Positions 59,051-64,000 of a stretch of 64,000 bases of DNA are shown piece after piece. The position numbers and the translations under genes are program-made. Location of the stretch: assembly GCA_039964305.1 (NCBI GenBank), contig JBDVXS010000142.1:89666-153665 (forward strand), written 5' to 3'. Within the stretch, counting starts at the first letter, position 1, and every line of letters begins with the position of its first letter. The notes beneath the pieces were generated by a model. It ran no database searches, had not been told where the DNA came from, and saw nothing but the letters and a program-made list of their open reading frames with translations. Source of the DNA: Hyphomicrobiales bacterium (GTDB taxonomy: Bacteria; Pseudomonadota; Alphaproteobacteria; Rhizobiales; JACESI01).

Positions 59051-60448
59051 TTAGAACTTCAATTCACCACCTTGCGCGCCAGCTTGTGTAGCAGTGCTAC
59101 CCAATGAGGCAACGATTGCTGAGGAGTCAAAGAATGTTAGTTCAACTTCTTTCACTGTTGGCCCTTCAGGTAGATTGATCGCAAAGTAGTAATTACATGC
59201 GTGTGAGAAACCTGTGGTTGAGGCGTCATAATTATTGCCAACCATGCTTTGTTTTACCATCGCGTCAAAGGTTCCCGCTTGAGCTGAAACCAATGCGCCA
59301 CAAGCTGGAGATGAAGCCACTTTGTGGTTAGCTGCATCAATCAAAGGCTTATAGCTTGCAGGCATTGGTGCAAACACATTTGCCGGCGTTGTTGGTTGAT
59401 TGAACGATAGTTTGCGTGTGATTGTGTGGATCTTACCACCATTTGCTGCCACTGCAATTTTGTCAGAGCCGTAGCCTGTTGATTTTTCGCAGAAGATAGC
59501 ATTGGCAAATGATTCACAGTTCACAAAGCCTTGGCCTTGCAAGGTAGCAGGAACATTCACGAATGATCCACCAACGGTAACACCAAGAACTGCGGGGCGA
59601 TCAGCCATCGTTGAATATGGTGCACCGCTTGCAGCAGGTGACGTTGTTACTGGTGTGGACACTTCAAGTAATGGCGCAGGTTGAACCGCTTGCGGTTGAG
59701 CTGGTTGAATTATTTGCGGCTGTACCGGCTGAACCACCTGTGGCTGTACAGGCTGAATTACCTGTGGCTGTACAGGTTGCAACGCAGGCTGGACGACTTG
59801 TGGTTGAACCGGCTGCAATGCAGGTTGAACGGGTTGGAGAGCCGGTTGCTGTGGCTGAAGTGCTTGATAGGCTGCAATGCCTGTTGCTGGAGCAATTACT
59901 GCTGGCGCAACAACGGCTGGTGCAACTGCTTGTGGTGCGGCTGCAACTTGGGTTCCTGGTGCAACACCAGCAACAGCTACTGCTGCTTGTTGTGAAAGCG
60001 TTGCCGTTTGCTGTGGGCTTAAAGCACCTGTTGCAGGCATGCCGTTTGCAATTTGGAACTGGCGAATAGCAGTTCGTGTACGACGACCAGAAATACCATC
60101 TGCAGACCCTGCATTATAACCCAACTGGTTCAACCATGTTTGTGTGTTGAATGTGTTTTGGTTAAACGCTGACCGAACGCGGCTAGACGATGTTCCACGG
60201 TTTGTGTAACGGCGCTTTTTCGTATAGCTGCGACGTTTGTTGTAGTAACGACGCTTTGAGTAATAACGACGCGCACGCTTCTTGCGCTTTTGATGCTTAT
60301 AAACTTTATGAGCGATGATACCTGCGGCTGCACCTGCTGCAAGACCACCAAGAATTTTACCAGCGTTACCAGCTTGCGCTTGTGGCGCTGGCACTGCGAT
60401 GAGGAATGTAGCGCTGAGTACAGCAGCTGTTAGGGAACGTAAAAGCAT
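59051..60448 (-). CDS. exported peptidoglycan-binding-domain protein with basic R/K/Y-rich segment and Pro/Gln repeat linker
   Basis: 465 aa with a signal peptide (VPAPQAQA) and a PG_binding_1-like segment (LNQLGYNAGSADGISGRRTRTAIRQFQIANGMPATGAL). It also has (V/A)QPxQPQxx repeats and an unassigned C-terminal domain. Confidence 0.7.
   Translation of the reverse strand: MLLRSLTAAVLSATFLIAVPAPQAQAGNAGKILGGLAAGAAAGIIAHKVYKHQKRKKRARRYYSKRRYYNKRRSYTKKRRYTNRGTSSSRVRSAFNQNTFNTQTWLNQLGYNAGSADGISGRRTRTAIRQFQIANGMPATGALSPQQTATLSQQAAVAVAGVAPGTQVAAAPQAVAPAVVAPAVIAPATGIAAYQALQPQQPALQPVQPALQPVQPQVVQPALQPVQPQVIQPVQPQVVQPVQPQIIQPAQPQAVQPAPLLEVSTPVTTSPAASGAPYSTMADRPAVLGVTVGGSFVNVPATLQGQGFVNCESFANAIFCEKSTGYGSDKIAVAANGGKIHTITRKLSFNQPTTPANVFAPMPASYKPLIDAANHKVASSPACGALVSAQAGTFDAMVKQSMVGNNYDASTTGFSHACNYYFAINLPEGPTVKEVELTFFDSSAIVASLGSTATQAGAQGGELKF
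59675..59863 (-). repeat. in-frame tandem repeats (about 24-nt period) encoding QP(V/A)QPQ(V/I)(V/I) units
   Basis: Plus-strand copies of CCTGTGGCTGTACAGGCTGAA-like units. The protein reads ALQPVQPALQPVQPQVVQPALQPVQPQVIQPVQPQVVQPVQPQIIQPAQPQAVQP. Confidence 0.8.
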
Positions 60449-60627
60449 TAAGCCCTCCTGAAAATAAATTTTTAATATGACTTCGATTGAAGTCTAAATG
60501 AGCAAATCTGTACGGTAGATGAACCGTTAAGCCGCCTTATTCCTAAAAATAGCGGTGACTGTCAGGTTTTGTCAAAGCACAAATCCACTTATCTCGTTTC
60601 AAAACTGTACGCTTTAGGCGGATTTTG

Positions 60628-60651
60628 TGATGTGCATTAATGCACGCATCA
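60628..60651. promoter_or_regulatory. 24-bp near-perfect palindrome TGATGTGCATTAATGCACGCATCA (perfect 14-bp core GTGCATTAATGCAC)
   Basis: Read directly from the sequence. It lies in the 344-bp AT-rich spacer upstream of the PG-binding protein gene. Confidence 0.4.
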
Positions 60652-60792
60652 AAAATTATTATTTAATTTCAATTAGTTAATTGATTTTAAAAAAAGTATT
60701 TTTGCTGCGTTTTAGTGTCGCCGTGTTAAATAATTAATGTTGTTTATACCTAAGGTACTTAGTAAATACGGTTTTAGACAGGGCTGATTGTG

Positions 60793-62988
60793 TTAGTCAC
60801 GCCCGAAAATTTTCTTAAAGAATCCTTTGATCCCTTTTTTGCCTTCATTGGCTTGAACAATCTGCGGCGGCGGTGTTGTGGGCACGGGTGTGCCGCCATT
60901 TTGAACGATTACGTCGTTGATGTTTTGTGGTAGGTTGTCAGCGAAAATTTGATCTTTATATCGACCTGGTAAATCAGCAATCGGCACGCCCTGATGGGCC
61001 TCTTCCATGAACTGCTTCCAGATAGCTGCTGGCAAGTTGCCGCCTGAGGCTTTCTTTGTGGGCTTGTTATCATCATTACCAACCCAAACCACAGTTGTCA
61101 GGTTTGCGGTAAAGCCTGCAAACCATGCGTCGCGAAATTCTTGACTGGTGCCCGTTTTTCCGCCTGCTGGCCAATTTTTCAATGCAGCTCTTTTACCTGT
61201 ACCATTTACCAACGTTTCTGACAGCATTGCGTTCATCATGCCAAGATGTTGCGCGTTGATAACTTTGACAAATTGCTCATTGCCGTCGCGCTGATAGAGC
61301 ACTTTGCCGCTCTTGGTAATCACCCGTTTGACGATATAAGGCGCAACACGGTAGCCACCATTTGCAAAGGGCACATAAGCGGTTGCAAGTTCAAAAGGTG
61401 TTACTTCAGACGTTCCAAGGGAAATCGAATAATTGGGCTTTAGCTTTGAACGCACACCCAATCTGTTTGCCACATCCACAACGCTGCGAGGGCCGACTTC
61501 ATAGGCTAATTGTGCAGCAATCGTATTGAGGGACTTTGCAAGCGCGGAGCGAAGTTTGATTTCACCTTCATATTTCTTTGAATAGTTCTTAGGCTTCCAC
61601 CCTTTAATTGAGATGGGTTTGTCCACTCGGATGGTATCAGGGGTTAAGCCGCTCTCGACAGCTGCCAAATAAACAAAGGGCTTAAACGATGAACCCGGTT
61701 GCCGTTTCGCTTTGACGGCGCGGTTATATTGGCTTTTGCCATAATCACGGCCTCCAACCATTGCCCGCACCGCACCAATGCCGTCCATTGAGACGAGTGT
61801 GCCTTGCGAGACGCCAAGTTTCTTGCCGCTATCATCAAGACCTTTAGCAATGGCGTTTTGTGCAAATTCTTGTAAATGACGGTCAATTGTGGTGTCGACG
61901 ATTATGTCTTCTTTGATGTCACCAACATATTTTGGCAAAACATTCATCACCCAGTCAGCAATGTAATTATGGGCACCGGTTTTGCGCGGTGGCACTTTGC
62001 TGGTTTTGATATCGAGGGCGATTTCGCGTTCGCGTGCCGATATATAGCCTTCTCGCTCCATAGCGGCCAAAACTAGCTTCGCCCGTTTGCGTGCACCTTC
62101 AGGATTTTTTGACGGAGCAAGGCGGGAAGGGGCTTTAACAAGACCTGCCAACGTTGCAGCTTCGCCGAGATTAAGGTCACGGGCTGATTTCTTGAAATAG
62201 CGACGGGCAGCCGCATCAACACCGTAAGCATTGGCGCCGAAGTAGACACGGTTCAAGTACATCTCGACGATTTGGTCTTTGGTATATTTCGTCTCTAGCC
62301 AAAACGCTAAAACCAATTCTTGCACTTTGCGTTCAAAGGTCCGTGCTGGAGATAAGAACAAGTTTTTTGCCAATTGTTGACTGAGTGACGAGCCACCTTG
62401 AGCCAAACGTCCTTTGACAACATTGGTCACCATGGCACGGGCAAAGCCCAAAATGTCGAAGCCAAAATGTTTGTAGAAGCGATGGTCTTCGATGGCAACG
62501 ATAGCCTCTGGCATGTAGACAGGCATTTCATGCAGGGGAACGGCTTCTCCGCCTGTTGTCCCGCGATTGCCAATCAAGGAGCCATCAACAGCAACAATCT
62601 TTACATTCGGTGGACGGTCGGGCACGGCCCATTGTGCGCTGTTTGGTAATTTCGCTGTATAAAAGCCCATAATGCCAACAACACCGATGACAGCCCAAAG
62701 GCCCAAAACCAGCGACCAGTAGACCCCACGGCGGACAAAGCCGATAAGACCACCCGATGAGCGCGCCTTTTTGCGGCGACCCTTTGCCGTGGCTTTTTTA
62801 GGTTTGCGGCGAGCGCTTGATTTTGCGGCGGTATTCTTGCGCGAGGCTTTGCGCCCCTTCGACGGTTTTGCACCGGGACGGTCATCTTCGCTCAAGGCAA
62901 GATTTAGGTCGCCTTTGCGTCCACGCCCAAAGTTCGCATCGATTTTAGGTTCGATCCGCTTTGTCTTTTTCTTGGCACGTTTGAACAC
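60793..62988 (-). CDS. class A penicillin-binding protein (bifunctional glycosyltransferase/transpeptidase, PBP1A family)
   Basis: 731 aa. It has the GT51 motifs EDHRFYKHFG and RKVQE and the transpeptidase motifs SSFKP, SLN and KTGTS. The N-terminal cytoplasmic extension is strongly basic. Confidence 0.9.
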   Translation of the reverse strand: MFKRAKKKTKRIEPKIDANFGRGRKGDLNLALSEDDRPGAKPSKGRKASRKNTAAKSSARRKPKKATAKGRRKKARSSGGLIGFVRRGVYWSLVLGLWAVIGVVGIMGFYTAKLPNSAQWAVPDRPPNVKIVAVDGSLIGNRGTTGGEAVPLHEMPVYMPEAIVAIEDHRFYKHFGFDILGFARAMVTNVVKGRLAQGGSSLSQQLAKNLFLSPARTFERKVQELVLAFWLETKYTKDQIVEMYLNRVYFGANAYGVDAAARRYFKKSARDLNLGEAATLAGLVKAPSRLAPSKNPEGARKRAKLVLAAMEREGYISAREREIALDIKTSKVPPRKTGAHNYIADWVMNVLPKYVGDIKEDIIVDTTIDRHLQEFAQNAIAKGLDDSGKKLGVSQGTLVSMDGIGAVRAMVGGRDYGKSQYNRAVKAKRQPGSSFKPFVYLAAVESGLTPDTIRVDKPISIKGWKPKNYSKKYEGEIKLRSALAKSLNTIAAQLAYEVGPRSVVDVANRLGVRSKLKPNYSISLGTSEVTPFELATAYVPFANGGYRVAPYIVKRVITKSGKVLYQRDGNEQFVKVINAQHLGMMNAMLSETLVNGTGKRAALKNWPAGGKTGTSQEFRDAWFAGFTANLTTVVWVGNDDNKPTKKASGGNLPAAIWKQFMEEAHQGVPIADLPGRYKDQIFADNLPQNINDVIVQNGGTPVPTTPPPQIVQANEGKKGIKGFFKKIFGRD

Positions 62989-63229
62989 TGACTAAAATCC
63001 CGCCGAACTAAATAATTCCCCTACCGAATTGGAACTTAAATGAGGCGGTTTAAGGTGCAGTTAAGGCAAAAGGCCAATTAACCTTAAAAGCCCAGTTTTC
63101 TGCCTATTGTGTTAGGTGGGCATTAAGCATACGGCCAGCTTTCAGCCGATTTCACACAGCCGTTACCCTGATTTACAGACTTGCATGATATTTTAAAAAC
63201 TGACGGAAATATTTTGAGTGAGTTTTTAT

Positions 63230-64000
63230 ATGACAACGGCAAGTACATTAAAGGCCGCATTTCCTAAGGGTGGTGCCGGACGAATTGAGTGGGTGGATTA
63301 TGCAAAGGGCTTTTGCATTATCTTTGTTGTAATGATGCATTCAACGCTTGGCGTTGGCAAAGCAGCTGGCGGCGAAGGCTGGCTTCATTATGTCGTAGAA
63401 TTTGCGCGCCCCTTCAGAATGCCTGACTTCTTCATGATTGCAGGCCTCTTCTTAGCTCTTGTGATTGATCGGCCTTGGAAGAGCTATCTCGATAAAAAAC
63501 TGATGCACTTTGTCTATTTCTATTTGATTTGGACCTTCATCCAGTTCGGCATTAAAATTCCGACCAATGGTGCCGAAATTGGGTTTGCCAATTTGCCATT
63601 GCTTTATTTGCAAACATTCTGGGAGCCATATTCGACGCTTTGGTTCATCTATATGTTGCCAATCATGTTCATCGTGACGAAGCTTTTAAAGCCGTTGCCT
63701 TGGTATTTGGTTTTTGGTGGTGCTGCTTTGTTGCAAATCGCACCGATCCACACAGGTAGCTTGATTGTTGATGAATTTGCATCGCGTTATGTCTACTTCT
63801 TCGCGGGCTATTTCTTTGCGCCATATATCTTCAAATTGGCTGAGTGGGCGCGTAAAGACGTGTCGCTTGCGATGCTTGGCTTGATCTTTTGGGGTCTTGT
63901 GAACGGTGCTTTGATGTTCAATTCGATTGAAATCATGCGCGGCGGTGAGGCGAGCCTCATTAAGCTTGGTGATTTGCCTATCGTGTCTTTGCTTCTAGGT
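63230..64000 (+). CDS. acyltransferase 3 family membrane protein (3' end cut by window edge)
   Basis: The frame is open from the ATG at 63230 to the window end. My translation reads MTTASTLKAAFPKGGAGRIEWVDYAKGFCIIFVVMMHS, which is typical of acyltransferase_3/OpgC-like proteins. Confidence 0.7.
   Translation, partial: MTTASTLKAAFPKGGAGRIEWVDYAKGFCIIFVVMMHSTLGVGKAAGGEGWLHYVVEFARPFRMPDFFMIAGLFLALVIDRPWKSYLDKKLMHFVYFYLIWTFIQFGIKIPTNGAEIGFANLPLLYLQTFWEPYSTLWFIYMLPIMFIVTKLLKPLPWYLVFGGAALLQIAPIHTGSLIVDEFASRYVYFFAGYFFAPYIFKLAEWARKDVSLAMLGLIFWGLVNGALMFNSIEIMRGGEASLIKLGDLPIVSLLLG

Noticed and set aside
1-64000. Looked for CRISPR arrays, tRNA/rRNA genes, IS elements or transposases, integrases, phage genes and recognisable defence systems (restriction-modification, Abi, CBASS, retron and similar).
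   Set aside because: No spaced direct-repeat arrays, tRNA-like sequences or transposase/integrase-like ORFs were seen. The only toxin-like gene is the solitary PIN ORF reported above. By-eye scanning can miss short or degenerate elements, so tRNAscan-SE, Infernal and DefenseFinder/PADLOC runs would be the definitive checks.

Overview
This window looks like a gene-dense chromosomal segment of an alphaproteobacterium, probably Hyphomicrobiales/Rhizobiales-like. That placement is inferred from gene content: ActS/ActR, a Flp/Cpa/Tad pilus locus, YejABEF, MmcB and a membrane-anchored cytochrome c. GC looks moderate by eye and was not computed. I found no rRNA, tRNA, CRISPR array, IS element, integrase or prophage signature. 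Coding content from left to right:
- SulP anion transporter.
- mtnK-mtnA plus a class II aldolase (SAM by-product salvage).
- Cytochrome c and a PfkB kinase.
- A two-operon aerobic benzoyl-CoA (box) catabolic cluster: benzoate-CoA ligase, boxC, boxB, a BoxR/BzdR-type regulator, thioesterase, flavodoxin, cupin, a hydroxyacyl-CoA dehydrogenase-like gene and hydrolases.
- MscS and a Liv-type ABC importer.
- msrA, mepA, malate synthase G, TerC and a PAS-GGDEF protein.
- mmcB, actS/actR and an intracellular PHA depolymerase.
- A complete flp-cpaABCDEF-tadBC(+tadD) pilus locus.
- An M17 aminopeptidase, MarR and an NlpC/P60 peptidase.
- yejABEF with a PIN-domain gene inserted between yejE and yejF.
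- A second cytochrome c, kdsB, pheA, a repeat-rich peptidoglycan-binding protein, a class A PBP and a partial acyltransferase.

Most of the window is ordinary core genome. I did not find a convincing new multi-gene system such as a defence island. The observations most worth follow-up are:
1. The box cluster has no BoxA reductase or BoxD dehydrogenase gene in this window. It carries flavodoxin and cupin genes translationally packed with boxB and boxC instead.
2. An orphan PIN/VapC-like gene with no antitoxin ORF sits inside the yejABEF peptide-uptake operon.
3. Shared TGCATAAA-type motifs occur in both box promoters.
4. A perfect 13-bp direct repeat lies upstream of phaZ.
5. The envelope protein at 59051..60448 has an odd architecture.

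All functional calls rest on my recognition of motifs in the supplied translations. No database search was run.
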